From Minisyncoccota bacterium (lineage in GTDB: Bacteria; Patescibacteriota; Minisyncoccia; Phycocordibacterales; UBA9973), in contig DATJJU010000001.1 of the NCBI GenBank assembly GCA_035491955.1, forward strand, positions 393-64,392: a stretch of DNA of 64,000 nucleotides. The letters run 5' to 3'. The notes under the pieces were generated by a model, which ran no database searches, was not told where the DNA came from, and was given only the letters and a program-made list of their open reading frames with translations. This document shows, in pieces, positions 29,131 to 39,219 of this stretch; position 1 is the stretch's first letter, and every line of letters begins with the position of its first letter. The position numbers and the translations under genes were made by a program.

Positions 29131-30399
29131 TTACTTGCCGATGTATTCTTTATTGTTCATATAGGGACGAAGGGCTTGCGGAATAAGAATAGTGCCATCC
29201 GCTTGCTGGAAGTTTTCAATAAGAGAAACGAGGATGCGCGGCGTAGGAATAGCGGTACAGTTCAAAGAATGTGCATAGCGAAGCTTGCCGTCAGCATCTT
29301 TGTAGCGAATACCAAGACGTCGTGTTTGGAAATCGTGGAAATATGAAGCAGAAGAAATTTCTCGATATGTTTCTTCTTTTGGCACCCACAAATTGATGTC
29401 GTACATCTTCACTTTAGAAAGACCCATATCGCCCGTAGCATTGACCATAGTCTCATATGGAATACCTAATGATTCAATAAATTGCTCAGTGTTAGTATTA
29501 ATTTCTTCATGAAGGCGAACGCTTTCTTCATGCGACGCTTCGCACAACACTACCTGCTCCATCTTATAAAATTCATGAACGCGAATCAGTCCTTTGATGT
29601 CCTTGTTGTGAGAGCCGGCTTCCAAGCGATAGCATGGTGAGAAGCCGAGCATCTTCACAGGCAACTGTTCTTTTGGTAATACCTCATCCATGTACATACC
29701 CATGAGCGGCACTTCTGATGTCCCAACAAAATACGAATCATCTTGAGCCTTATAAATATCCGCCTCACCTTGTGGAATAAATCCGCAGCCCATCAATGGC
29801 TCGCGCTTGGTGTTGATAGGAGGCATGATCGGATTGAATCCTCGCTGAGTCCAAAAATCCAATGCATAGTTCCAAATAGCAAAACAGAGTTTTACGCCTT
29901 CACCTTTCAAAAAGTATCCGCGAAAGCCGTGAACCTTCACGCCTCGCTCAAAGTCCGCCATATCAAGAGCAGTCATGATATCGATGTGATCCTTTGGAGT
30001 GAAATCAAAGACCGGTTTGTCGCCCCACGTTTTTTGTACCACGTTTGCTGATTCATCAGGACCAACTGGCGCAGACATGTCTGGAATATTTGGCACCTGC
30101 AACATCAATGTCTGCCATTCTTTCATAATGACGCGGATGGCTTCTTCAGCCCGCTGTACTTTTTCTTTCAATGGCTTTAGATCTTCGATAAGCTTTGCTC
30201 GCTCATCGGCATCAGCGGTCTGAGGGATCTTATCTGACAAAACATTTTGTTCGGTACGAAGAGATTCAAAATGCGCCTGAGCTTCTCGTCGCTTTTCTTC
30301 CACTACCAAAAGCTCATCGAGATTAAATGAGATATTTTTCTTCTGCGCAGCCTCTTTGATAATATCCGGGTTTTCCTTGATAAACTTGATATCCAGCAT
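29131..30399 (-). CDS. serS: Seryl-tRNA synthetase
   Basis: MLDIKFIKEN start, GTSEVPL, YRLEAG, GLIRVHEF.K.E. Confidence 0.96.
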   Translation of the reverse strand: MLDIKFIKENPDIIKEAAQKKNISFNLDELLVVEEKRREAQAHFESLRTEQNVLSDKIPQTADADERAKLIEDLKPLKEKVQRAEEAIRVIMKEWQTLMLQVPNIPDMSAPVGPDESANVVQKTWGDKPVFDFTPKDHIDIMTALDMADFERGVKVHGFRGYFLKGEGVKLCFAIWNYALDFWTQRGFNPIMPPINTKREPLMGCGFIPQGEADIYKAQDDSYFVGTSEVPLMGMYMDEVLPKEQLPVKMLGFSPCYRLEAGSHNKDIKGLIRVHEFYKMEQVVLCEASHEESVRLHEEINTNTEQFIESLGIPYETMVNATGDMGLSKVKMYDINLWVPKEETYREISSASYFHDFQTRRLGIRYKDADGKLRYAHSLNCTAIPTPRILVSLIENFQQADGTILIPQALRPYMNNKEYIGK

Positions 30400-30468
30400 A
30401 GTAGCCTTACTATACCACATTTTTATGGTTTTTAAATTTTCTTGATCTCCGTACTGTACACTCTGCAG

Positions 30469-31347
30469 ATGGAAGAATTCCCCATTCAAACGATCTCCAT
30501 TGATGAGTATTTTCCGCAATTAAAAGAAATTCCCCAGCCTCCCAAGAAGCTCTACATGAGAGGCAGCCTTGAAAGTTCCGAAGGTCGGACCTTCGTAACA
30601 GTCGTAGGATCGCGCAGCTATACGCCCTATGGCAAGTTTGTCTGTGAGAAATTAATTAGCGGTCTTCGTGGTTATCCTGTCACGATAGTATCTGGTCTCG
30701 CTATTGGTATCGACAGCATTGCCCATCAAGCTGCCCTGGATGTCGGATTGCCCACTGTGGCATTTCCCGGTTCAGGATTAGATTGGAATGTGCTCTATCC
30801 TGCTAACAATAAAAAATTAGCAAAAAGAATTTTACAGAACGGCGGAGCACTGTTAAGCGAGTTTGAACATCGCGTTATCGGTGCACCATGGACATTTCCG
30901 CAACGCAATCGCTTAGAGGCCGGCATTGCCAGCATTACTATTATTATTGAAGCCAGAGAAAAATCAGGCACGCTGATCACTGCCCGCCTGGCCACTGAAT
31001 ACAACAAAATAGTCGGGGCTGTACCAGGGCCGATAAATGCTGAATCATCGGTGGGGGCAAATTGGCTTTTGAAGCTTGGCGCTATTCCTATTACCGAAAG
31101 TGCGGATATATTAAAAGAGCTTGGTTTTGCATTGCCGGGAGAGCTGCCATTTTATGCCAATAAGGGCCCTACTATTATATTGAATGAGACAGAAGAACTG
31201 ATCATGAGCGCGCTCAACGCTCCGCTTTCACGAGATACTATTATAGAGAAATTGCGGCTTGATCCTGTCACTGCAGCCATCGCTTTTTCTACTCTGGAGA
31301 TCAAAGGAATCATAAAAGAAGAATACGGCTTGATTGCCAAAAAATAA
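30469..31347 (+). CDS. dprA: DNA-processing protein DprA
   Basis: VGSR, VSGLAIGIDSIAH, FPQRNR, SGTLITA. Confidence 0.95.
   Translation: MEEFPIQTISIDEYFPQLKEIPQPPKKLYMRGSLESSEGRTFVTVVGSRSYTPYGKFVCEKLISGLRGYPVTIVSGLAIGIDSIAHQAALDVGLPTVAFPGSGLDWNVLYPANNKKLAKRILQNGGALLSEFEHRVIGAPWTFPQRNRLEAGIASITIIIEAREKSGTLITARLATEYNKIVGAVPGPINAESSVGANWLLKLGAIPITESADILKELGFALPGELPFYANKGPTIILNETEELIMSALNAPLSRDTIIEKLRLDPVTAAIAFSTLEIKGIIKEEYGLIAKK
30579..30595. repeat. REP-like palindrome inside dprA
   Basis: CGAAGGTCGGACCTTCG; reverse complement differs by 1 nt from the 61076 copy. Confidence 0.65.
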
Positions 31348-31374
31348 TATACATGGTACTACTGCAATCATTAT

Positions 31375-33579
31375 ATGAAATTATTAATCGTTGAATCGCC
31401 TTCAAAAGCGAAGACAATTGAAAAGTATCTCGAAGGCGAATACACCGTGCGCGCTTCTGTTGGACATGTGCGCGATTTGCCGAAATCAAATAAGAAAGCC
31501 ATCGATATTCCCGCTGGCTTTATTCCTCATTACGAAATCAGCAAAGGCAAAGAGAAAGTTGTTGATGAATTGCAATCATTAGCGGAAAAAGCGAAAGAGA
31601 TTTTTTTGGCTCCCGACCCGGACCGTGAAGGAGAAGCTATTGCCTGGCATATTGAAAGTCTTTTGAAAGAAGACAAGAAAGTCAAAGCACCGATCAAGCG
31701 CGTAACATTCAATGAGATCACCAAGGAGGCCGTGACTGAAGCGTTGCAACATCCGCGCGATATCGATACTGATCTTCGCCAAGCACAGGAAGCGCGTCGC
31801 GTACTTGATCGCCTCGTTGGGTATGATCTCTCCGGCATTATTTGGCAAAAGGTTCGCTACGGCCTTTCTGCGGGACGCGTGCAGTCCCCTGCATTGCGCA
31901 TATTAGTAGAGCGCGAACGCGAAATCCGCGCATTCATTCCTGAAGACTATTGGGTATTGCAAGCAAAAGTAAAAACACAAAAGGGCGCAGAGCTCACTCT
32001 GACATGTACGGAAGAGCCACGTGATCGCAAAGAAGTGGACCGTATTTTGGATGTGGCACAAAAAGAAGAGTGGATTGTGAAGGATGTAAAGGAGAGTGAG
32101 CAGAAGCGTTCACCAAAAGCACCGTTTACCACTTCTACTCTTCAGCAGGCAGCCAGTTCTCGCCTCGGCTTTTCTCCTGCGCGCACTATGCAGGTAGCAC
32201 AGAAGCTCTATGAAGCTGGTCATATTACCTACATGCGTACTGACTCTACCACTCTTTCAGAGCAAGCTATTCCAGGCATTATAAAGATTATTGAAAAAGA
32301 GCACGGCAAGAATTACGCAGAAGTACGAACATACAAGACCAAAGCCAAGAATGCACAGGAAGCCCATGAAGCCGTTCGTCCTACTCACCCAGAAAAAGGT
32401 TCTGCCGGAAATACTGAAGAGCAGAAGAAGCTCTATCGTTTGATTTGGGAGCGCACTATTTCTTCACAAATGGCTGATGCTAAAGTATTGAAGACTCGTG
32501 TGGTAGGCAATGTCAAAAGCGACAGCATCCCGGACTTCACTGTTACAGGAAGTCAGGTACTGTTCCCTGGATGGTTGGCAGTAGACACAGACGCGCGCGG
32601 TGAAGATGTTGAGCTCCCTGCTATTGCGCAAGGAGAAGCATTGAAACTCATTTCTATTGAAGATATTGCAAAACAAACTGAGCCACCAAATCGTTACTCA
32701 GAGGCAGGATTGGTGAAAGAGCTTGAAGCGCGCGGCATTGGCCGTCCTTCTACCTACGCTTCTATCATGAAGACATTGGAAGATCGCGGCTATGTAGAAA
32801 AAGTAGGACGATCATTGAAACCAACTGATACTGGTGAAGTAGTGTCATCATTCTTGGAGCAGAATTTTATGAACTACATCAGCGATACATTCACCGCTGA
32901 GATGGAAAATGAGCTCGACGATATTGCTAATGGCGATCGTCAGTACAAAAAAGTCTTGTCTGATTTCTATACTCCATTCCTTAAAGAGGTAAAAGAGAAA
33001 CAAAAGCTTGATAAGGCAACCACTCTCGAAAAGGCTGATCCGAAATATAAATGTCCAAAATGCGGCAGTCCAATGGTAGTGAAGCTGGGGCGTGGCGGTA
33101 AATTCCTGTCATGCGAACGCTACCCTGATTGTGATGGTGCACTGACTATCGATGGTTTGGAAATTAAAAAAGACGAACCTATTGGCATTGACCCAGAAAC
33201 TAATTTGCCAATCTTCACTATGATCGGACGCTTTGGTCCGTATGTTCAGCTCGGTGAAATGCCTCCAAAAGTAAAAGGCAAGAAACAGCAGAAGCCACGG
33301 ATGGCAAGTATTCCAAAAGAAGTGGATCCTACTACTGTCACCGTAGAGATGGCATTGAAGTATTTGTCGTTGCCTCGCACCCTTGGCAAACACCCGACTA
33401 CTGACTTAGATGTCACCGCTAACAATGGCCGCTTCGGCCCCTATGTCGCTCACGATGGAAATTTCCGTTCAATCAAGCCACCGCTTGATGTGTACACTAT
33501 CACTCTTGAGCAAGCATTAGAACTCCTCGCACAAGAAAAGAGACCAAGAGGTTTCCAGCGAAAGAAAAAGGAAGAATAA
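31375..33579 (+). CDS. topA: DNA topoisomerase I
   Basis: IVESPSKAKTI, DPDREGE, SAGRVQS, ITYMRTDS, zinc ribbon and C-terminal repeats. Confidence 0.97.
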   Translation: MKLLIVESPSKAKTIEKYLEGEYTVRASVGHVRDLPKSNKKAIDIPAGFIPHYEISKGKEKVVDELQSLAEKAKEIFLAPDPDREGEAIAWHIESLLKEDKKVKAPIKRVTFNEITKEAVTEALQHPRDIDTDLRQAQEARRVLDRLVGYDLSGIIWQKVRYGLSAGRVQSPALRILVEREREIRAFIPEDYWVLQAKVKTQKGAELTLTCTEEPRDRKEVDRILDVAQKEEWIVKDVKESEQKRSPKAPFTTSTLQQAASSRLGFSPARTMQVAQKLYEAGHITYMRTDSTTLSEQAIPGIIKIIEKEHGKNYAEVRTYKTKAKNAQEAHEAVRPTHPEKGSAGNTEEQKKLYRLIWERTISSQMADAKVLKTRVVGNVKSDSIPDFTVTGSQVLFPGWLAVDTDARGEDVELPAIAQGEALKLISIEDIAKQTEPPNRYSEAGLVKELEARGIGRPSTYASIMKTLEDRGYVEKVGRSLKPTDTGEVVSSFLEQNFMNYISDTFTAEMENELDDIANGDRQYKKVLSDFYTPFLKEVKEKQKLDKATTLEKADPKYKCPKCGSPMVVKLGRGGKFLSCERYPDCDGALTIDGLEIKKDEPIGIDPETNLPIFTMIGRFGPYVQLGEMPPKVKGKKQQKPRMASIPKEVDPTTVTVEMALKYLSLPRTLGKHPTTDLDVTANNGRFGPYVAHDGNFRSIKPPLDVYTITLEQALELLAQEKRPRGFQRKKKEE

Positions 33580-33662
33580 AAAAAATCCAGACTCATAAGT
33601 CTGGATTTGCCAAAGGTGCTCACCCTGTCCGCACCTTCGAAAAGGGTACACGGTGAGTGGCA
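33578..33662 (-). ncRNA. Candidate standalone small structured RNA
   Basis: TTGACA(33696)-N17-TACGAT, then GCCA...TGGC rod with UUCG loop and terminator 33583-33608. Confidence 0.55.
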
Positions 33663-33796
33663 TACGAATCGTAATCCATCAATAAAATGATGTCAACTTT
33701 TTACTCAAAAATGTTTGACATAACTGATATATTGACATTATAGGAAAAAATGGTTATAAATTTGAAAAATTAGCTGCTTATCAAACCCATATCAAA

Positions 33797-34129
33797 ATGC
33801 ACAACTTTCAAATTAACCCTGAAGCCTGTTGGCTATCTGTCGGCATGATTGCCTATTCAATCATCATTATCCTTATTGGACTTTACAGAGGGTATACGGA
33901 GAGTCCTGTTTCTCCTTATATTTACATTGTCGTAATTACGGCCTGTATTATATTCTGTCCAGCCCGACCGATATCTGATGAAGGAGGAAGCCTTATGCTG
34001 CTCGCTTATATCGTAGGTATTATAATGATGTGGGCATATCACTTAAATCACATTAAGGTCTACTCTACCTTCGATGAGGAACTTCTCAAAAAGAATGGCT
34101 ATTGGTATCATCGACATCAAGTTGATTAA
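33797..34129 (+). CDS. Membrane protein, accessory module
   Basis: Three hydrophobic segments; tandem TTGACA boxes upstream; terminator near 34145-34175. Confidence 0.7.
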   Translation: MHNFQINPEACWLSVGMIAYSIIIILIGLYRGYTESPVSPYIYIVVITACIIFCPARPISDEGGSLMLLAYIVGIIMMWAYHLNHIKVYSTFDEELLKKNGYWYHRHQVD

Positions 34130-34201
34130 TAAAAAATTTTTATGCCGCCACTATCACTACAGTGGCGGATTTTTTATTGTGCGTTATAGTAGTTAATACC
34201 T

Positions 34202-35665
34202 ATGGATATCCAGGAATTATTTTCATTGATTGAATACCCGCTGAGTCAGGATGAAAAATCTCTTATTCAGCGCGCGTATGATTTCGCGAAATCAAAGCAT
34301 GAGACACAGAAGCGCAATAGCGGCGAGCCGTACTTTGTGCACGTCTTTGCTGTAGCTAAGAATTGCGCCATGCTGGGCATGGATGTGGAAACGATTATTG
34401 GAGGATTGCTACACGATACACTTGAAGACACCGATGCGACAGAGGAAGAAATTCTCGAACAGTTCGGTGAGAACATTCTATTCTTGGTCAAAGGCGTTAC
34501 CAAGCTTGGTAAGTTGAAATACCGAGGACGAGAGCGCCATGTGGAAAGTATGCGAAAGTTTTTCGTGGCTATGTCAGAAGACTTGCGCGTGCTTATCATC
34601 AAGCTGGCAGACCGTCTTCACAACGTGCAGACACTGGAACATGTTCGCCCGGATAAGCAGGTACGTATTGCCGTAGAGACTATTGCTGTTCACGCCGCTC
34701 TGGCTGGCCGTCTCGGCATGGGTAAATTGAAAGGCATGCTTGAAGACTATGCATTCCCCTACGCCTACCCAAAAGAGTACGCTCAGACCAAAGCATTGTT
34801 TGACGCACGAATGCCCGAAGCGCAAAAAACTATTAAGGAAGTCCACACCACTATTGAAAAAACATTGAAGGAATTCAATATTCATAATCCGACCGTAGAC
34901 TCGCGCGTGAAGCATCTCTACAGCCTCTATCGCAAACTGACAAAATATCAAATGGATATTGATCGCATTTATGACATTGTGGCATTGCGCGTGCAGCTGA
35001 ATACTGTGGCAGACTGCTATCAGGTCCTTGGTCTCGTGCATATGCTGTGGAAGCCTATCCCTGGCCGCATTAAGGACTATATTGCCTTACCGAAACCAAA
35101 CGGCTATCAGTCTCTTCACACCACTGTTGTCACAGAGCATGGCATTATAGAAATACAAATCCGTACCTATGCCATGAACCAAGAAGCTGATATGGGTGTC
35201 GCATCTCATTTTCTCTACAAAGAAAAAGTGTTTGATAAGAATAGCGTACCGAGCAATAAGCAGCTCGGCTGGCTTGATGAATTGCGCGAACTGCAAGGAG
35301 TAGTAGCAAAGCCAAGCCGCTTCCTTGAGCAACTCAATCATGACCTCTTTAAAAATCGCATCTTCGTTTTCACGCCTAAAGGTGATGTCATCGACCTTCC
35401 TGAAGATGCCAGCCCTGTCGACTTTGCATATGCTATCCATTCCGCTATCGGCGAAACAACAGCCTCTGCCCGCATCAATAGCAAGATGGCACCCCTTGGA
35501 GCAAAATTAAAAAATGGCGACATCGTAGAAATCGTCACCAGCAAGAATGCCAAGCCTTCCAATAAATGGCTAGACTACGCCAAGACTACTCTCGCCCGCC
35601 GCAAAATCCGCGCCTACATTGCCGAACACGGCGGCCTCCTGCAGAAGTTTTTAGCGAAAGAATAA
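34202..35665 (+). CDS. rel: RelA/SpoT (p)ppGpp synthetase/hydrolase (HD-SYNTH-TGS)
   Basis: SGEPY..H, LLHDTLED, KLADRLHN, YQSLH, EIQIRT, FTPKG. Confidence 0.93.
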   Translation: MDIQELFSLIEYPLSQDEKSLIQRAYDFAKSKHETQKRNSGEPYFVHVFAVAKNCAMLGMDVETIIGGLLHDTLEDTDATEEEILEQFGENILFLVKGVTKLGKLKYRGRERHVESMRKFFVAMSEDLRVLIIKLADRLHNVQTLEHVRPDKQVRIAVETIAVHAALAGRLGMGKLKGMLEDYAFPYAYPKEYAQTKALFDARMPEAQKTIKEVHTTIEKTLKEFNIHNPTVDSRVKHLYSLYRKLTKYQMDIDRIYDIVALRVQLNTVADCYQVLGLVHMLWKPIPGRIKDYIALPKPNGYQSLHTTVVTEHGIIEIQIRTYAMNQEADMGVASHFLYKEKVFDKNSVPSNKQLGWLDELRELQGVVAKPSRFLEQLNHDLFKNRIFVFTPKGDVIDLPEDASPVDFAYAIHSAIGETTASARINSKMAPLGAKLKNGDIVEIVTSKNAKPSNKWLDYAKTTLARRKIRAYIAEHGGLLQKFLAKE

Positions 35666-35711
35666 AAAATACCAGTATTAAAAATACTGGTATTTTTGGT
35701 CAAAAAATTAA

Positions 35712-36335
35712 TTAACCAAATAGTGTTATAAGGCTTGCAAAAACAAAAAATACTAAAAGAATAATTTTAAAGACAGCACTCGCCCCCAAATCAGCGTCAA
35801 TATCATTATTGTTATCCTTGTTTTCTTCCAACAGATCATTAGTATCTTCAAAAACATACGTCTCTAAAACAGTATTTTTCTGAAAGATTTTGGGATTAAT
35901 TTTTGCTTGCTTAACAAAAGTTCTCTTTTCTATACATCGTCTCCAGGTAACACAGAAGATTATCAAAGAAATGACAAAGAATATTATCTTATTGATAAGC
36001 ACCCGAACGCCATGACCGAATATCCTCCACAAAATAACAGTAATAGTGAATTTCCCTACTCTACTGTCAGCAAATTTATTCGATTGCCTGGAGAGGATAT
36101 TTGAAACAGTATCGATGGCTAATCCAATTTCTCTTGGATCAACCTTATCCTTGAACTGTTCAACGCTCTGCATAATATCATCAACGCTTTTAACATTTGG
36201 TGTTGATTGTTCAAATCTTTTTGCAATATCTGGAGGTAAAGCACCTCTTCTAACATAGACAATAGAATCGGTTCCGGCTGATGCCTGTGTTGCCAAACCT
36301 AGTAGCATACACACTGCGATAACAATGCTTTTCAT
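35712..36335 (-). CDS. Hypothetical membrane protein (paralog of 36339-36908)
   Basis: Signal peptide, KFADSRVGKFTITVILWRIFG, two TM regions. Confidence 0.75.
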   Translation of the reverse strand: MKSIVIAVCMLLGLATQASAGTDSIVYVRRGALPPDIAKRFEQSTPNVKSVDDIMQSVEQFKDKVDPREIGLAIDTVSNILSRQSNKFADSRVGKFTITVILWRIFGHGVRVLINKIIFFVISLIIFCVTWRRCIEKRTFVKQAKINPKIFQKNTVLETYVFEDTNDLLEENKDNNNDIDADLGASAVFKIILLVFFVFASLITLFG

Positions 36336-36338
36336 TTC

Positions 36339-36908
36339 TTAGATAATTATCCATGAGAGAATTAAATAGACAATAAACCATACTAGTAGGTGCCACCAGG
36401 TGGGGACATACACTTTATAAGTTGCATTTAAGTCGTTATCTATATGTAACTGCTCGCTTCGCGCCACTAATCTTTTCCTCCAATGTCCTACAAATAAAAC
36501 CATGAAGATAATCATCGTTAAAATATGAAGGACGAAAGATAAGATATCCGATCCAATGGTTTTATAGGCAATCAAAAAAAGTGAAAGATTGCCGAGCTTC
36601 GTTTCTGAAAACTTTTCGGCATTATCTGTAATTTTTGAAAGAGTAATATCGGTTACCTTTCCAAAGTACACCACGTTCTTCATAAAGTTGCTCACTTTCT
36701 GAGGCTGGAAGTACGGATTTTCATAACGAATGTAACCACCTTTTTGAAGGTATGTGTAAAGGTCAGCAGGAATATCACTCTTGTGAACCTGGACCCATTC
36801 GCTTTTCTGAGTCGTTGTGTCGACATCATCGGCGGCCGCTGCCATACACGGCAGGATCAGTAACCATACTCCAAGTATCGTTACAAGGTATAGATTTTTT
36901 GTTTTCAT
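36339..36908 (-). CDS. Hypothetical membrane protein (paralog of 35712-36335)
   Basis: Signal peptide, KFSETKLGNLSLFLIAYKTIG; TTGACA-N16-TAATGT. Confidence 0.75.
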   Translation of the reverse strand: MKTKNLYLVTILGVWLLILPCMAAAADDVDTTTQKSEWVQVHKSDIPADLYTYLQKGGYIRYENPYFQPQKVSNFMKNVVYFGKVTDITLSKITDNAEKFSETKLGNLSLFLIAYKTIGSDILSFVLHILTMIIFMVLFVGHWRKRLVARSEQLHIDNDLNATYKVYVPTWWHLLVWFIVYLILSWIII

Positions 36909-36967
36909 TTTTAATTTACATTTGTGAAAACATTAGCACTAAATATTGAATTGTCAATGTTTACTAC

Positions 36968-37942
36968 CTAAAGTGAAAAGTTCTTGAGATTATAAAGATC
37001 TTCCAGTTCTTCTTCAGATTCCTGTTTTTCCTGAGTATCGCGATCGTCGAGGAACTCCATTTCTTCTTTTTGAACTTCGGCTGATTCAATAGGTGGAAGG
37101 GTCGGCATGGCGGCTACTTCCCTTTTATTGAGAACATCTAAAATAAGATCAAGATCATCATTTGAGAAATAGTCGATAGTGATTTTTCCTCCTGCTTCTT
37201 TTGGTTCGATATGCACGCGCGTGCCAAGGGTCTCTTGAAGCTTCTGTTCGATCTGCATGAGCTCAGCATTTGGGATCAATTCCTTCTTTCGAACCTTGTC
37301 TACAGCAATACGGCGAGCAATGCGCTCTGCTTCGCGGACAGTAATCTTGCGAAATTGAATTTCCTTAAAGAGTGTCGCCTGCTCTTCTGGACGACTGGAT
37401 AGCATCATCAGCGGACGAGTATGCCCTTCATTGATTTTGCCAGTTGAAAGGGCATCAAGAATATCTTGTGGCAAACTAAGCAGGCGAACAGTGTTGGAAA
37501 CATACTCGCGGCTCTTGCCTACTTTCTGCCCGATCTGCGTGTGAGTGAATTTAAATTCATCTACCAAACGAGCAAAGGCACGAGCGCGTTCAACAGCGTT
37601 GAGATCTTCACGCTGCAGGTTTTCGATAATAGCAAGCTCGAGCTTCATCATTGAGTCGTCACCAACGCGAATAATGGCCGGCACTTCGCGCAACCCAGCC
37701 AGCTTTGAGGCGCGCAAACGGCGCTCTCCGGCAATAAGTTCGTACTCTGTAACAAGGCCACCATCTGCTGTCTCACGCTCCACGCGAGACACTACTAACG
37801 GCTGCAAGATACCATACTGCCGAATAGAGTCAGAGAGGTCCTTCAATGGTCCTGGCTCGAACTCTCGGCGAGGCTGATACGGATTGGGAACGATCTTGTC
37901 GACTTCGATAAAGAAAATTGAATTCGTATAGAGATTGGACAT
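36968..37942 (-). CDS. parB: ParB/Spo0J partition protein
   Basis: NPYQPR, GILQP, AGERRLRA, ENLQREDL. Confidence 0.95.
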   Translation of the reverse strand: MSNLYTNSIFFIEVDKIVPNPYQPRREFEPGPLKDLSDSIRQYGILQPLVVSRVERETADGGLVTEYELIAGERRLRASKLAGLREVPAIIRVGDDSMMKLELAIIENLQREDLNAVERARAFARLVDEFKFTHTQIGQKVGKSREYVSNTVRLLSLPQDILDALSTGKINEGHTRPLMMLSSRPEEQATLFKEIQFRKITVREAERIARRIAVDKVRKKELIPNAELMQIEQKLQETLGTRVHIEPKEAGGKITIDYFSNDDLDLILDVLNKREVAAMPTLPPIESAEVQKEEMEFLDDRDTQEKQESEEELEDLYNLKNFSL

Positions 37943-38006
37943 GGCAATAGTGTAACATATCCAAGATTTGAAAAAATTGTGAAAAAATGGCATGATGGAG
38001 GCCAAT

Positions 38007-38089
38007 GCCGGAGTGGCGGAATGGTAGACGCGATCGACTCAAAATCGATTACTCGCAAGGGTGTGGAGGTTCGAGTCCTCTTTCCGGCA
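38007..38089 (+). tRNA. tRNA-Leu(CAA)
   Basis: GCCGGAG acceptor, CTCAAAA loop, long variable arm, TTCGAGT. Confidence 0.95.
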
Positions 38090-38092
38090 CAA

Positions 38093-38914
38093 ATGAATAA
38101 GATTATCGTGGTCTGCGGTCCGACCGCTACTGGTAAATCCGACTATGCTGTTGAGCTCGCCAAAAAAGTAGGCGGGGAAATTATTTCTGCCGATTCACGC
38201 CAGGTATACAAAGGTCTTGATATTGGCAGCGGCAAGATCACAAAAAAAGAAATGCGGGGTATACCTCATTACCTGCTTGATGTCGCAAATCCTCGTCGCG
38301 CTTTTTCTGTCGCTCAGTACAAAAAGTTGGCTGACAAAGCCATCAAAGTTATTTTGAAAAAAGGCAAAACGCCGATCATTGTTGGTGGGACAGGTTTTTA
38401 TATTGATGCAGTAATCTATGACCAATCATTGCCGGAAGTTCCGCCCAATACAACGTTGCGAAAAAAGTTAGAGAAGAGATCGCTGGAAGAATTACAAACA
38501 GTACTACAAGACCTTGATCCAGAACGATACGAAACTATTGATACAAAAAATCCTGTGCGATTGATACGAGCCATCGAAATTGCTGAAGCTTTGGGTAAAG
38601 TTCCTAAAACAGAAAGAAAAGCTAAGTACGACATGGAGTGGGTCTATTTAGATTTCCCTGATGAGGAATTAAAACAACGCATTCACACTCGCCTTCTGAA
38701 ACGCATGAAGCAAGGCATGGTAAAAGAAGTACAAACACTTCATGATGAAGGACTCTCTTGGAAGCGCCTTGAGGCACTTGGTTTAGAGTATCGATTTGTT
38801 GCACTGTATTTGCAAAATAAAATGAACAAACAAGATATGACCCAACAATTAGAGTCTGCGATCTGGCACTACGCTAAACGCCAACGCACCTGGTTCAAGA
38901 AATATGCCAAGTAA
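38093..38914 (+). CDS. miaA: tRNA dimethylallyltransferase
   Basis: GPTATGKS, DSRQVY, GGTGFY, YAKRQRTWF; start reset past the tRNA. Confidence 0.96.
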   Translation: MNKIIVVCGPTATGKSDYAVELAKKVGGEIISADSRQVYKGLDIGSGKITKKEMRGIPHYLLDVANPRRAFSVAQYKKLADKAIKVILKKGKTPIIVGGTGFYIDAVIYDQSLPEVPPNTTLRKKLEKRSLEELQTVLQDLDPERYETIDTKNPVRLIRAIEIAEALGKVPKTERKAKYDMEWVYLDFPDEELKQRIHTRLLKRMKQGMVKEVQTLHDEGLSWKRLEALGLEYRFVALYLQNKMNKQDMTQQLESAIWHYAKRQRTWFKKYAK

Positions 38915-38928
38915 CGTATACTTTCACT

Positions 38929-39093
38929 ATGAACACTAAGCAGACCATCATTCTTCTTACTATCATTGGCGGAACTATCGGTAGCTTTATTCCCCTCTTA
39001 TGGGGCGATAATCTGCTCTCTTTTTCTTCCGTTATCTTCACTGCCATAGGAGGATTCTTAGGCATTTATATTGGATACAAATTGAGGATATAA
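38929..39093 (+). CDS. Small two-TM protein (54 aa, not in ORF track)
   Basis: MNTKQTIILLTIIGGTIGSFIPLLWG...GGFLGIYIGYKLRI; TATACT-6nt-ATG. Confidence 0.75.
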   Translation: MNTKQTIILLTIIGGTIGSFIPLLWGDNLLSFSSVIFTAIGGFLGIYIGYKLRI

Positions 39094-39096
39094 AAC

Positions 39097-39170
39097 TGGC
39101 GGGCGATGAGGGAATCGGACCCCCACCAAAGGTTTTGGAGACCTTCGTTCTACCACTAAACTAATCGCCC
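39097..39170 (-). tRNA. tRNA-Trp(CCA)
   Basis: GGGCGAT/ATCGCCC acceptor, CTCCAAA loop, encoded CCA. Confidence 0.93.
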
Positions 39171-39219
39171 GTGCGAGAAAACTATAACAAAAAAAGTGGC
39201 ATTGAGCCACTTTTTTTGC

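Noticed and set aside
33609-33661. SRP RNA
   Set aside because: Lacks the CAGG/GNRA/AGCAG helix-8 signature; resemblance is only superficial.
37979-38092. N-terminal extension of MiaA (likewise DnaB, SerS, ParB and ECF sigma extensions in the ORF track)
   Set aside because: Overlaps tRNA-Leu or divergent genes and promoters; downstream ATGs fit family N-termini.
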